In this document: piece after piece, positions 1-10,368 of the stretch | Layout of the letters: each line of letters begins with the position of its first letter | How positions within the stretch are numbered: position 1 is the first letter of the stretch | Origin: Microcystaceae cyanobacterium | GTDB lineage: Bacteria; Cyanobacteriota; Cyanobacteriia; Cyanobacteriales; Microcystaceae | Assembly (NCBI GenBank): GCA_041746575.1 | Contig: JBGTGT010000099.1 | Coordinates: 1 to 59,574, forward strand | DNA: 59,574 nucleotides | Reading direction: 5' to 3' | Translations under genes and position numbers: made by a program | Notes under the pieces: model-generated | The model's database searches: none | Told to the model about the DNA's origin: nothing | Seen by the model: only the letters and a program-made list of their open reading frames with translations

Positions 1-141
1 AACAAATTCTTGATTGGGGGACTAGCCCCCCAAACCCCCCAACGGGGGACGGAGTGCCTCCCCCGCACCCCCTGCACAAAATAAATGAAAAAAAATTAAA
101 TGAAGAAGTTTCGTAGCTTTTCTGATGGTCGAACTCACGTT
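1..141. mobile_element. MITE-like element, right part (left end outside window)
   Basis: Closely similar to 33381-33477; ends in GTCGAACTCACGTT (128-141), the reverse complement of AACGTGAGTTCGAC; contains G/C-run hairpins. Confidence 0.75.
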
Positions 142-218
142 AATCAACAGAAAGTTTAAGCACTTATTGATTTTTTTGATTAACCCAACCTTTATAATTA
201 AGAGATTCTTGAGAAGTG

Positions 219-1403
219 TTAGTAATATTCAGATTGCCAATAACGATAGGCCATATAAGCTAACGTCACAACCCCTGTCACAATCGCTGACTCATCCGCT
301 TGGAAAAAAGGACTGTGCAAAGGCGCATTTAATAACCCCGAATGTCCCACCCCTAGACGAAACATCGTTCCCGGTGCATACTGCAGGTAAACCGAGAAAT
401 CTTCCGCTCCTAACGACGGTTCTGATAGTAATTGTAGGCGGTCATTGCCCCATGCTTCCCGACACACCGATTCGAGTAATTGCGTCAATTGGAGGTCATT
501 TTGTACGGCAGGAACACCGCGACGGTAATGTATTACATATTTTGCCCCGTACATTCGACAAACATTGCCCACCATTCCCTCTATCCATTGGGGTAAATTG
601 GCATGGGTTTCAGGATGAAGCGATCGCACCGTCCCCACCATTTGTACCTCATCGGCGATAATATTAGGGGCTTTTCCCCCTTGAATTTGACCAATCGTTA
701 AGACAATGGGGCGCAAAGGATTCTGTGTACGACTAATCGCTTGTTGTAGGACAGTAATCACCTGAGACGCTATCCAAATGGCATCTACCGCTTCATGGGG
801 TCTTGCACCGTGGCCAGACTCTCCCTTAATCACGATTTCAAGATCATCCGCCGCCGCCGTCAGCGAACCGTAACGAATCCCCACCGAACGCGCTGGAATC
901 GAGGGAAAGACGTGAAGTCCTAAAATTGCGCTAACCCCTTCCATTACCCCGTCTTTGACCATCCAATTTGCCCCTTGGGCAATTTCTTCAGCCGGTTGAA
1001 AGAGGAATCTTAACGTTCCAGGTAAAGGGATGCCTAATTGCCCTAAAACCATTGCCACCCCTAAACCGACGGTGCTATGGATATCGTGACCGCAAGCGTG
1101 CATAATACCGGGGTTAAACGAAGCAAATTCGAGTTCGGTGTGTTCAGTAATAGGTAACGCATCCATATCCGTCCGAATCGCTAAAATCCTTGAATCTTCG
1201 TTTTTGCCGATCAATTCTCCTACTACTCCCGTTTGACCGACCCCTTCTTGGACGCGTAAGCCACAGGACGATAAAACCCCAGCAATGTAGGCAGAGGTGT
1301 GATGTTCTTGTCCACTTAATTCGGGATTGGCGTGAAAATGACGACGAATTTCAATTAATCGAGGGGAAAGTTTTTCGGCGATCGCTTTGATTTCCGATAA
1401 CAT
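219..1403 (-). CDS. M20D family amidohydrolase (N-acyl-L-amino acid amidohydrolase-like)
   Basis: RTDMDALP, MHACGHD, FQPAEE, GGKAPNII and GAEDF motifs. Confidence 0.92.
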   Translation of the reverse strand: MLSEIKAIAEKLSPRLIEIRRHFHANPELSGQEHHTSAYIAGVLSSCGLRVQEGVGQTGVVGELIGKNEDSRILAIRTDMDALPITEHTELEFASFNPGIMHACGHDIHSTVGLGVAMVLGQLGIPLPGTLRFLFQPAEEIAQGANWMVKDGVMEGVSAILGLHVFPSIPARSVGIRYGSLTAAADDLEIVIKGESGHGARPHEAVDAIWIASQVITVLQQAISRTQNPLRPIVLTIGQIQGGKAPNIIADEVQMVGTVRSLHPETHANLPQWIEGMVGNVCRMYGAKYVIHYRRGVPAVQNDLQLTQLLESVCREAWGNDRLQLLSEPSLGAEDFSVYLQYAPGTMFRLGVGHSGLLNAPLHSPFFQADESAIVTGVVTLAYMAYRYWQSEYY

Positions 1404-1490
1404 GGTGATGGGGAATGAGTAATCAGCTATGACTTAGTTTAATCCTTTTCACTTAAACTATTCATTGTTAACCGATTTGACGAATTTTCC

Positions 1491-1973
1491 ATGACTTATA
1501 AACTTCTTTTTGTCTGTCTGGGTAATATTTGCCGTTCCCCTTCAGCAGAAAATATTATGCGTTATTTGAGCGAACAAGAAGGCTTAAGTGAGCAAATTAT
1601 CTGCGATTCTGCAGGAACATCCAGTTACCACATTGGTTCATCTCCAGACGCTCGGATGCAATCAGCAGCTGCTAAACGGGGAATTCAATTAATGGGGGAA
1701 GCGAGACAGTTTGAAAAGTCTGATTTTGAAGCATTTGACTTAATTTTAGCGATGGATCGAGAGAATTACCGAAATATTCTCCGTCTTGATCCCCAAGGAC
1801 GCTATCAGCATAAAGTGAAGATGATGTGCGATTATGCGACTCACCATCAAGAAAAGGACGTTCCTGACCCTTATTATGGAGGAGTAGAAGGCTTTGAGCA
1901 GGTGATAGACTTATTATTAGATGCCTGTGAAGGGTTATTAACAGAAATCAAAACCCATCAATCAATTAAATGA
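1491..1973 (+). CDS. Low molecular weight protein-tyrosine phosphatase
   Basis: VCLGNICRSP P-loop and DPYY motif. Confidence 0.95.
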   Translation: MTYKLLFVCLGNICRSPSAENIMRYLSEQEGLSEQIICDSAGTSSYHIGSSPDARMQSAAAKRGIQLMGEARQFEKSDFEAFDLILAMDRENYRNILRLDPQGRYQHKVKMMCDYATHHQEKDVPDPYYGGVEGFEQVIDLLLDACEGLLTEIKTHQSIK

Positions 1974-2590
1974 TTTTCTAAGGTAAAACGAACTAACTCA
2001 GCCCGATTACTGGTATTGCTTTTTCTCAATAGACTACTCACATATTTTTCAATGGTTCGAGGACTGAGATGAAGTTGATGGCCAATTTCCCCATTAGATA
2101 AGCCCTTCGTCAGGAGATTCAGAACCTGAATTTCCCGTTCTGTTAGGGTTGCCTCAAGAGGGGAAGGAGTCGCATTTTGACCTTTTTGCTCAGAAAATCG
2201 CCATTCCGATTGCATCATCTGCGATCGCTCTAATAAATTACGAATGACCGCCTGTAGTTCGTCCATTTCAAAGGGTTTCGGTAGATAAACATCACACCCG
2301 ACTTGATACCCTTGAATCCGTTCAGAGGTACTACTTCTTTCGGTTAAGAAAATGACCGGCAGTAGGCGAAATTCGGGACGTTGGCGGAGATGGCGCACCA
2401 AAGCATAACCATCCTTTTTCGGCATTTTAATATCAGAAACCAGTAAATGGGGATGATAACTATCCAGTAAAGATAATGCTTCTTCACCATTTTGAGCAGT
2501 TACCACGGAATAGCCCGCCAATTCTAAATAATCTTTGACAGCAAGCCGAATCCCTGCATCATCATCTGCAACTAAAATGAGTAATGCCAT
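1958..2590 (-). CDS. NarL/LuxR family response regulator
   Basis: REC domain (ADDD, SDIKMP, KPF) plus LuxR HTH (LTEREIQVL...GLSNGEIG...LSPRTIEKY); overlaps the phosphatase 3' end by 16 bp. Confidence 0.93.
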   Translation of the reverse strand: MALLILVADDDAGIRLAVKDYLELAGYSVVTAQNGEEALSLLDSYHPHLLVSDIKMPKKDGYALVRHLRQRPEFRLLPVIFLTERSSTSERIQGYQVGCDVYLPKPFEMDELQAVIRNLLERSQMMQSEWRFSEQKGQNATPSPLEATLTEREIQVLNLLTKGLSNGEIGHQLHLSPRTIEKYVSSLLRKSNTSNRAELVRFTLENHLID

Positions 2591-2875
2591 AGCTTATCGA
2601 AACGATTGAAATCTTACGAGACAAATCTGTCTTTGACCCTTGACCCATCGAAAAAATCGGTATAGTGTTGTTAGCTTTAAACCCATTTTGTTAAGATGGC
2701 AGACGAACGGTGGATGGGGAACTTCATCATCTCAGCCTCAGTCTAAAACTGAAGCAAAGCGTGACCGAGTGGGGGAGACAATCCTTCTTCATCCTCAATT
2801 ATATCCCTAATTCCTTAATTCCACGGCTAGATAAAACCGATCCAAAACATTAAAGAAAAATTAGAGGTTAATTTA

Positions 2876-3625
2876 ATGAAAATGACATCTTTACTCCGTC
2901 GCACTGCAACTTTGGGATTAGTCGGTAGTGTGGTACTTACTACATGGCTCGGTTTTACCCTCAAAGCATTCGGTCTTCCTGAAGAACAGATTAGCAAAAT
3001 TTTAAGCCCAATTCCTGTTTTTACCATCGCTGACGAACAAGGGGCGCCTTTAGTAGCCATTCAAGAGGAAACCAAGGAAAAATATACAGGTGTCTTTGTC
3101 AGTAAACAAGACGCTCAAGAATTTTTCAACCAATTACAAAAAGATAAACCCGATATTGCCAAACAAGTTAAAGTCCAACCCGTCTCCTTGGCTGAAGTCT
3201 ATAAGCTCGCCCTTGCTAATGCCAATAAACCGGATGGCTTAAAATTTCAATATGTCCCCACCTCCGAGGAAGTCCAATCAGCGCAAGCTCTTCTAAAACC
3301 GGAAGGGCAGGAGTATCGGGGCGGTGTTCCTTTATTTGTCGCTAAAGGCGGACCAGAAGATGGATATTTGACAATTCAGGCTAGCGATAACGAAACGGTC
3401 ATTCCTTTTTTCTTTGAAAAATCGCAAATCCAAGCGATGGTTGAGCGTTTCAAAAAAGAAAAGCCTGATATGGCCGGTAGCATTAAAATTGAGGTGGTTC
3501 TTTTAGAAAACATCATGGCGACGCTCAAAAAAAGCGATGATGAAACCTTAACCAAGATTCGCTTTGTTCCTTCCGAGGAAACTCAAGTTTTTATCCGCCA
3601 AGCCATTGAAAGTCAAAAAAAATAA
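2876..3625 (+). CDS. tic22: Tic22 family periplasmic chaperone
   Basis: Signal peptide; IPVFTIADEQGAPL, VSLAEVY, GVPLF and IPFFFEK motifs. Confidence 0.88.
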   Translation: MKMTSLLRRTATLGLVGSVVLTTWLGFTLKAFGLPEEQISKILSPIPVFTIADEQGAPLVAIQEETKEKYTGVFVSKQDAQEFFNQLQKDKPDIAKQVKVQPVSLAEVYKLALANANKPDGLKFQYVPTSEEVQSAQALLKPEGQEYRGGVPLFVAKGGPEDGYLTIQASDNETVIPFFFEKSQIQAMVERFKKEKPDMAGSIKIEVVLLENIMATLKKSDDETLTKIRFVPSEETQVFIRQAIESQKK

Positions 3626-3640
3626 GGAAAAAGGAGTCAC

Positions 3641-4537
3641 TTGCACCTAGTATCCGGACAAGATTTAGCCCAATGGCGAAAGACGGCGATTCAATCAGCA
3701 ATCTCCGCTAATATCTCTCCAGAGGAGGTCGATTGGCTTCTCTTGGAGATTTCCCTTTTAGATCGCTTAAGTTTACACCTAAAATCTTACCTATCTTGTC
3801 CAGCCATTCCCGTAAAATACTCTCTTGCCCAATTATCTGACCTTTGGCAACGGCGATTACAAGATAAAATCCCTTTGCAATATTTGGTCGGCGTTACCCC
3901 TTGGCGCGATTTTTCCCTCAAGGTTTCTCCCTCAGTGTTAATTCCTCGACCAGAAACAGAAGAAATTATTGATATTGCGGCTCAAGCCGTAGAAAACTGC
4001 TCAAAAAGTCCTTTGAAATTGGGAATATGGGTAGATTTAGGCACAGGAAGCGGAGCGATCGCTTTAGGGTTAGCACAGGTTTTTCCTCAATCTCAGATTT
4101 ATGCCGTCGATTGCAGTCAGAAAGCACTAGAGATTGCTCAAGAAAATGCAATTAAAGCAGGATTAGAGAAAAAAATTCAATTTTATTGCGGAAATTGGTG
4201 GATTCCTCTTCAATTTCTCCAAGGAAACATCAGTGGCATGGTGTCTAACCCCCCCTATATTCCCAGTGGGTTAATTGAAACGTTACAACCAGAAGTTGCC
4301 AAATATGAGCCAAAAATCGCTTTAGATGGGGGAAAAGATGGATTGACGGCTATTCGTCATTTAGTTGACACTGCCCCTTTGTATTTAAAATCAGGCGGAA
4401 TTTGGTTAATTGAAATGATGAATGATCAAGCAGAAAAGGTCGTTAATTTATTAAAAAAGAATGGCAATTATGACCTTATTAAAGTCGTTAAAGATATCTC
4501 CGGTCAGTCTCGCTTTATTTTAGCTTATCGGCGATAA
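3641..4537 (+). CDS. prmC: Release factor glutamine N5-methyltransferase (HemK/PrmC)
   Basis: VLIPRPETE, DLGTGSGAIA, SNPPY and ALDGG motifs; TTG start. Confidence 0.93.
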   Translation: MHLVSGQDLAQWRKTAIQSAISANISPEEVDWLLLEISLLDRLSLHLKSYLSCPAIPVKYSLAQLSDLWQRRLQDKIPLQYLVGVTPWRDFSLKVSPSVLIPRPETEEIIDIAAQAVENCSKSPLKLGIWVDLGTGSGAIALGLAQVFPQSQIYAVDCSQKALEIAQENAIKAGLEKKIQFYCGNWWIPLQFLQGNISGMVSNPPYIPSGLIETLQPEVAKYEPKIALDGGKDGLTAIRHLVDTAPLYLKSGGIWLIEMMNDQAEKVVNLLKKNGNYDLIKVVKDISGQSRFILAYRR

Positions 4538-5694
4538 TGATAATAAATAAAAACCTGATTTACAAAATGGTATTCAATCAATATTTTGCAACCGTTGCCC
4601 AAGGCATTGAAGATATGGCCGCTCAAGAATTAGAAAATTTAGGCGCAAAAGAAATTGTCAAAGGATTTACTGTCATTCATTTCCAAGGCGATCAAAGCCT
4701 ACTTTATAAGGTAAATTTATGGTCTCGTCTTCTGTATCGAATTTTTGTTCCTATTGCAGAAATTAAGAGCCATGACGCCGATCAATTGTTTAAGAATATT
4801 CAGAGTATTGATTGGCAAAACTATCTTGATCCGCATCAAACCTTTGCAGTTAAATGCACCGGAAAAAATTACCAACTAAACCATTCTCATTTTACCGCTT
4901 TAACCATTAAAAATGCGATTGTTGAACAACAGCAACAACACTTTAATCAACGCTCTGATATCGATCCGCAAAATCCTGATATTTGGCTCAATGCCCACAT
5001 CGAAGAAGATTATTGTACCGTCAGTTTAGATAGTTCGGGTTCAAGTTTGCACCGTCGCGGTTATCGTCCGGCCGTGGGCGTTGCCCCTTTAAAAGAAACT
5101 TTAGCGTCAGCTATAATTGATCTAACAGAATGGACAGCAGAACTGACCTTTTATGATCCCTTATGTGGTTCAGGAACATTACCCATTGAAGCTACCATTA
5201 AAGCCTTAAAAATTGCCCCCGGCTTATATCGGGAACACTTTAGTTTTGAACAATGGCCAGATTTTAATTCTTCCCTTTGGCAATCGCTAAAAGAAGAGGC
5301 AAAACAACAATCAACACCCCTTTCTCCGTTAATTTTGGGCAGTGATGGGGATTTAGACATTATTCAACAAGCAAAAAGTAATGCTCGCGCTTGGCACTTG
5401 GACGAGAAAATCAGCTTTTTTCAAGCCCAATTACAAGAGCTAGAACCTCCCAGTTCTCAAGGGGTTATTGTGTGTAATCCTCCCTATGGAAAACGAATCG
5501 GTGATGAACAAGAATTAGGAGAAATGTATCGCTTATTAGGAGATATCTTGAAACAACGTTTCAAAGGCTGGGAAGCTTATATTTTAACTGGAAATAAAGC
5601 CTTGGCAAAGCAAATTGGACTAAGAACGGCTCGCCGTATTCCTCTTTATAATGGTTCAATTCCTTGTACTCTATTAAAATATGAATTGTATTAA
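4537..5694 (+). CDS. THUMP-domain RNA methyltransferase (RlmL-like)
   Basis: LHRRGYR, APLKETLA, DPLCGSGT and NPPYG motifs; TAATG overlap with the prmC stop. Confidence 0.88.
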   Translation: MIINKNLIYKMVFNQYFATVAQGIEDMAAQELENLGAKEIVKGFTVIHFQGDQSLLYKVNLWSRLLYRIFVPIAEIKSHDADQLFKNIQSIDWQNYLDPHQTFAVKCTGKNYQLNHSHFTALTIKNAIVEQQQQHFNQRSDIDPQNPDIWLNAHIEEDYCTVSLDSSGSSLHRRGYRPAVGVAPLKETLASAIIDLTEWTAELTFYDPLCGSGTLPIEATIKALKIAPGLYREHFSFEQWPDFNSSLWQSLKEEAKQQSTPLSPLILGSDGDLDIIQQAKSNARAWHLDEKISFFQAQLQELEPPSSQGVIVCNPPYGKRIGDEQELGEMYRLLGDILKQRFKGWEAYILTGNKALAKQIGLRTARRIPLYNGSIPCTLLKYELY

Positions 5695-5931
5695 TGGTAA
5701 TTCAGTAAATTATCCCTTCTACATTTTTTTTTATTGCCCCAATCTGTGAATTCTGCCATGAGTCTAATCATCAGAAATCTGTCTAAATGCGTAGCGCAAT
5801 CCTTTTGCCTTCTGCCTAACCTGATTTCTCATCTGTTATTCTAAAGATCATGATATTAACTGGCGGCTTACGATGTGACGGATTTTCCGTTATAATTTTG
5901 TTACAAAACTACACGGATTCCGAATCGCCTT

Positions 5932-6234
5932 ATGAATGAACCCAATTCTGTCTTGCACGCCTTTTTTCTCGGTCGCGCTTTTGCCGAAGTGCTAGGCGAA
6001 AAAATGGAGGATACCTTGACGAACCTTCTAAGTGATTTAGGTAAATTCGATGCCGAACAACGGGAAAATCTGCATCAATTTATAGAAGAAGTTCAAGCAA
6101 GAGCCTCTCAACAGGTTAATCAATCAGAACCAGCAAGCCAAAGCGGTGATTCTGAAGACTTACAAGAGATGATTGACGAATTGCGCGCTGAAATCGCCCA
6201 TCTCAAAACCGAGTTAAAGAATTATCGTCACTAG
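5932..6234 (+). CDS. Conserved cyanobacterial coiled-coil protein (sll1769-like) upstream of ABC1 kinase
   Basis: [11 protein letters not shown] start and [14 protein letters not shown] end; position before ABC1 kinase and pphA. Confidence 0.75.
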   Translation: MNEPNSVLHAFFLGRAFAEVLGEKMEDTLTNLLSDLGKFDAEQRENLHQFIEEVQARASQQVNQSEPASQSGDSEDLQEMIDELRAEIAHLKTELKNYRH

Positions 6235-6333
6235 CCTTTTCCCGATTAGCAACAATTATTGAGCCTCAAAAACCGATTTTAGCGAAATTTTTGTTTTCTC
6301 TCTCTTATTAATCTTAAAATCTTACAAAATCGA

Positions 6334-8091
6334 GTGTCTTCTCTGTCTTCTCAATCGCAAAAAGCTTATTCCTACTCCCCTTCCACCCCATCCCTTAACG
6401 GTCAAGGCCACCGTTTGGAGATGGGAAAATCCGCTTATCGCTGGAATCGAGAGAATTATTCAGCAACACGTCGTCGTATAGATATTTGGCGTTTTGTTTT
6501 GCTCCTTCTTCTCAAATTAAATTTGAATGGTAAAAAGTGGAGTTACCGAGGAGGATATACAGAAGAAAAACTGGCCGCCCGACGGAAACAACAGGCGGTT
6601 TGGATTCGACAAAGTTTGCTAGAGTTGGGGCCGACGTTTATTAAAGTGGGTCAGTTATTTTCTACCCGCGCAGACCTGTTTCCCAGTCAATATGTCGAAG
6701 AACTGGTCAAATTGCAGGATCAAGTGCCAGCTTTTAGCTACGAACAAGTCAACCAAATCATTACAACGGATCTCGGTAAAACCGTTAATGAGCTTTTTCA
6801 ACACTTTTATCCCGTTCCCCTTGCGGCCGCTAGTTTGGGGCAAGTTCATAAGGCTCAACTTTATACGGGGGAAGAGGTGGTGGTTAAGATCCAACGCCCC
6901 GGCCTCAATAAACTGTTTACCATTGATTTAGCGATTCTCAAACGGATCTCTCAATATTTTCAAAATCATCCCAACTGGGGAAAAAATAGAGACTGGATGG
7001 GAATTTATGAAGAATGTTGTCGTATTTTATGGTTAGAAGCGGATTATATCAATGAAGGTCGTAATGCTGATACCTTTCGTCGTAATTTTCGGGGCGAAAA
7101 TTGGGTCAAAGTGCCGAGAGTTCACTGGCGATATACCTCCCGTCGTGTCGTCACCTTAGAATACTTACCCGGCATTAAAATTAGCCACTATGAAGCCTTA
7201 GAAGCGGCCGGTTTAGACCGCAAAACCCTCGCTCAATTAGGAGCAAAAGCCTATTTGCATCAACTTCTCAATAATGGCTTTTTCCACGCCGATCCCCATC
7301 CGGGTAATATTGCGGTCGATAGCGATGGTGCTTTAATCTTTTACGATTTTGGCATGATGGGGCAGATTAAAAGTAATGTTCGGGAAGGGTTAATGGATAC
7401 CCTCTTTGGTATTGCTGAGAAAAATGGCGATCGCGTTGTCAATTCTCTTATTAAACTGGGCGCATTAGCTCCCATTGGCGATATCGGGCCAGTCAGGCGA
7501 TCAGTGCAGTATATGCTCGATCACTTTATGGATAAACCCTTTGAAGAACAATCCGTCAACGCCATCAACGAAGATTTATACGAAATTGCCTACGATCAAC
7601 CTTTTCGATTTCCGGCGACCTTTACTTTTGTGATGCGGGCGTTTTCAACGTTAGAAGGTGTGGGAAAAGGTCTTGACCCTGACTTTAACTTTATGGAGGT
7701 GGCACAACCCTTTGCCATGCAACTTATGAATAGCAGTCGTAACGGTAACAATACAATTTTAGACGAACTCGGCAGACAGGCCGCACAAGTCGGCAGTACA
7801 GCCCTCAGTTTGCCCCGACGCATCGAAGACGGATTAGAAAAGCTAGAGCGGGGGGATTTGCGAATGCGAGTGCGTTCCCTTGAAGCTGAACGGATTTTGC
7901 GGCGCATGACGGGAATGCAAACTGCCACTAATTACACGATGGTTCTTTGTTCGTTGCTGATTGCCGCTACCATTCTTTATGTTAATCAAGCAATGATTTT
8001 AGCGGGGATTACGGTATTTACTGCCTTGTTGCCCGGTTGGTCATTGTTTCGTGTATTAAGAAGATTGGATCGCGCTGATCGAATGTTTTAA
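6334..8091 (+). CDS. ABC1/AarF/UbiB family atypical kinase (sll1770-like)
   Basis: LGPTFIKVGQ, AAASLGQVH, VKIQRP, FFHADPHPGN and DFGM motifs; two C-terminal TM segments. Confidence 0.93.
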   Translation: MSSLSSQSQKAYSYSPSTPSLNGQGHRLEMGKSAYRWNRENYSATRRRIDIWRFVLLLLLKLNLNGKKWSYRGGYTEEKLAARRKQQAVWIRQSLLELGPTFIKVGQLFSTRADLFPSQYVEELVKLQDQVPAFSYEQVNQIITTDLGKTVNELFQHFYPVPLAAASLGQVHKAQLYTGEEVVVKIQRPGLNKLFTIDLAILKRISQYFQNHPNWGKNRDWMGIYEECCRILWLEADYINEGRNADTFRRNFRGENWVKVPRVHWRYTSRRVVTLEYLPGIKISHYEALEAAGLDRKTLAQLGAKAYLHQLLNNGFFHADPHPGNIAVDSDGALIFYDFGMMGQIKSNVREGLMDTLFGIAEKNGDRVVNSLIKLGALAPIGDIGPVRRSVQYMLDHFMDKPFEEQSVNAINEDLYEIAYDQPFRFPATFTFVMRAFSTLEGVGKGLDPDFNFMEVAQPFAMQLMNSSRNGNNTILDELGRQAAQVGSTALSLPRRIEDGLEKLERGDLRMRVRSLEAERILRRMTGMQTATNYTMVLCSLLIAATILYVNQAMILAGITVFTALLPGWSLFRVLRRLDRADRMF

Positions 8092-8213
8092 AAGCTATAC
8101 AATAAAAATAGGGCAAAATCAAATCAGGATGAATCGTCTTGATTCTCAAGGTTTTTCCCGTTAATGTTACTCTATTTAAATCCTCGTTTATGATCGTGGA
8201 AAATAAATCACTA

Positions 8214-8939
8214 ATGACAAAACGCCAGTTTACGGGTTTATCTGATCCCGGTCTCGTGCGAAATGTTAATCAAGATCATTTTTATTTTGACCCAGAAGGG
8301 CAGTTTTTCATTGTTGCCGATGGCATGGGCGGCCATGCAGGGGGAGAAGAAGCCAGCAATATTGCCGTAAAAGCGATGCAAGCCTATCTGACAGAACATT
8401 GGGATTCCGATGCCGCCTCTTCCTTGTTAATTGAAGAATCCTTTAAGGAAGCGAATAAAAATATTTTAGCAGACCAAGAAGAACACCCCGAACGAGGGGA
8501 CATGGGAACAACGGCAGTGGTTGTCATTTTCCGTCATGGTGAAGCATGGCGCGGACACATTGGCGATTCTCGGCTTTATCGGCTCAGGGAAGCGAGTTTA
8601 GAACAAATCACTGAAGATCATACTTGGATCACGAATGCGGTAAAAATGGGTGATATTACCAAAGAACAGGCAAAAACTCACCCTTGGCGACACGTTTTAT
8701 GTAAATGTCTCGGTCGCAAAGATTACTATCAAGCCGAAGTCGCTCGTTTAGAGATAGAATCAGGCGATAAACTGCTCTTGTGTAGCGATGGGTTGACCGA
8801 AGAAGTTCCTGACGAATTAATTAGCTTCACCTTGCAATCGTATCCCTCTTGTGAAGAGATGGCTAAGCAACTCATTGAAGAAGCGAAAAATGGCGGTGGT
8901 TCAGATAATATTACGGTGATTATCGTGGCAGAAGCATAA
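8214..8939 (+). CDS. pphA: PP2C-type Ser/Thr phosphatase (PphA-like)
   Basis: VADGMGGHAGG, DMGTT, HIGDSRLY, LCSDGL and GGSDNIT motifs; synteny with ABC1 kinase. ATG 8214 preferred over TTG 8139. Confidence 0.85.
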   Translation: MTKRQFTGLSDPGLVRNVNQDHFYFDPEGQFFIVADGMGGHAGGEEASNIAVKAMQAYLTEHWDSDAASSLLIEESFKEANKNILADQEEHPERGDMGTTAVVVIFRHGEAWRGHIGDSRLYRLREASLEQITEDHTWITNAVKMGDITKEQAKTHPWRHVLCKCLGRKDYYQAEVARLEIESGDKLLLCSDGLTEEVPDELISFTLQSYPSCEEMAKQLIEEAKNGGGSDNITVIIVAEA

Positions 8940-8948
8940 ATAACAAAA

Positions 8949-9770
8949 GTGAGAAACCTTGTATTACTAATCACCCTTGTCACCACGCAGGTACTAGGGG
9001 ATATTTGGCTGAGTAAAGGCATGAAAGTTTTTGGGGCAATTACCCGATTTACTTTTCAAGAAATTAATCAATTATTAAGTTATTTAATAACCAGTCCTTG
9101 GATTGGCTTAGGGGTGGTTACCCTCACCTTTTCAATGATGATTTATTGGGTAGCCATTGCCGATATGGATGTCAGTTATGTCTTACCGATTCACGCCGCC
9201 AGTTATGTCCTCAATGGGTTGATGGCATGGCTAATTTTAAGAGAACATATCTCTTTAACTCGCTGGTTAGCCACCTTCATTATTGCTCTTGGCGTTTTTA
9301 TGGTGGGTTGGAGTCAATATCACACTCAGCATCGTCCTCCCCCCCCTCAATCGCCTAACGCTTCGATGTTGATCACTTTGCCTTTTTTGGGGATTATTCC
9401 TAAAATTTGGCTAGGGGCATTCATGTTAGCTTTAACGGATGCGATAGGAGATATCTTAACAGCTAAGGGAATTAGAATGATCGGGTCTTTTCCAGAATTT
9501 ACGTTTGAGGAGATGTTAAAGTGGTTGAAAAAAGTGATTGCTAATCCCTTTATTGTTGCTGGAATCAGTTTTCAAGCTCTTTCTTTTTTAATTTTTCTTT
9601 CCCTCTTAAGTTGGGCTGATATTAGCTTCGTTCGTCCAGCAACGGCTATCGGTTATGTGATCAGTTTATTAGGCGCAAAATTGATTTTACACGAACGGAT
9701 TACTCAAGGAAGATTGATTGGCATTACCGTTATTGGTTTAGGCATCGCTGTGATTTCTTTAACTCAATAA
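8949..9770 (+). CDS. EamA/DMT family transporter (two repeated halves)
   Basis: Two homologous hydrophobic halves (D[VI]S[YF]V.P ... L.E.I...R) joined by a Pro-rich linker. Confidence 0.8.
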   Translation: MRNLVLLITLVTTQVLGDIWLSKGMKVFGAITRFTFQEINQLLSYLITSPWIGLGVVTLTFSMMIYWVAIADMDVSYVLPIHAASYVLNGLMAWLILREHISLTRWLATFIIALGVFMVGWSQYHTQHRPPPPQSPNASMLITLPFLGIIPKIWLGAFMLALTDAIGDILTAKGIRMIGSFPEFTFEEMLKWLKKVIANPFIVAGISFQALSFLIFLSLLSWADISFVRPATAIGYVISLLGAKLILHERITQGRLIGITVIGLGIAVISLTQ

Positions 9771-9897
9771 GGTATGATGTCGGTTGACTTACCTAAGTAA
9801 GCTTCTGCGTTAAGATGGTAGGGAGTTGCCTTAAGATATTGACCCTTAAGCAATTTTATGGTCTTATATTAAGAATTGTTATCTGGAGTTAAGCGAA

Positions 9898-10353
9898 ATG
9901 GAACTATTAACCCTTGCTGGTATCGGGACAATTATTTTAACCGGTGTGTTAACTCGTATGGGAGAAATGGCATTAGATAAAAGTGTTGATCAATTAAACA
10001 AGTTAGTTAAACGTAAGTCTCCTAAGACATTTCAACAATTGGAAGCAGCAGCAAAAACACCAGAATTGTTACTTAAAGCAGTGGAAATGATGGCAATCTT
10101 AATAGAAGAAGATGAGGAGATTAAACAAGTTGCGAAACAAGTTGCAGAGGAGAATAAAGATAATCCTGATGTGATGAATCAATTAGCGATAATTAAACAA
10201 ACAGGTTTAAGAAATTTTGAAGCGGAGGAATTAGAAGGAGAAATTACACAAAAAGTGAAAGGGAATGTTAAAACAAATATAGAACAAATTGGGATAGAGG
10301 AGACAAAGATTCAGGGAAAAGCAACCCTTAAAATCAATCAAGATATTGAATAA
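9898..10353 (+). CDS. Small helical protein with C-terminal pseudo-repeats; candidate Bell-like amyloid-activated effector
   Basis: Hydrophobic N-terminal helix, about 95 aa helical domain, then two related repeats (aa 99-120, 128-150) matching the N-terminus of the downstream NLR; GGAG RBS. Confidence 0.65.
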   Translation: MELLTLAGIGTIILTGVLTRMGEMALDKSVDQLNKLVKRKSPKTFQQLEAAAKTPELLLKAVEMMAILIEEDEEIKQVAKQVAEENKDNPDVMNQLAIIKQTGLRNFEAEELEGEITQKVKGNVKTNIEQIGIEETKIQGKATLKINQDIE

Positions 10354-10368
10354 AGGAGAGTAATAAGA

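Noticed and set aside
125..661. 178-aa plus-strand ORF and similar short antisense ORFs throughout the track
   Set aside because: They overlap well-supported genes on the opposite strand or in another frame and show no recognisable motifs
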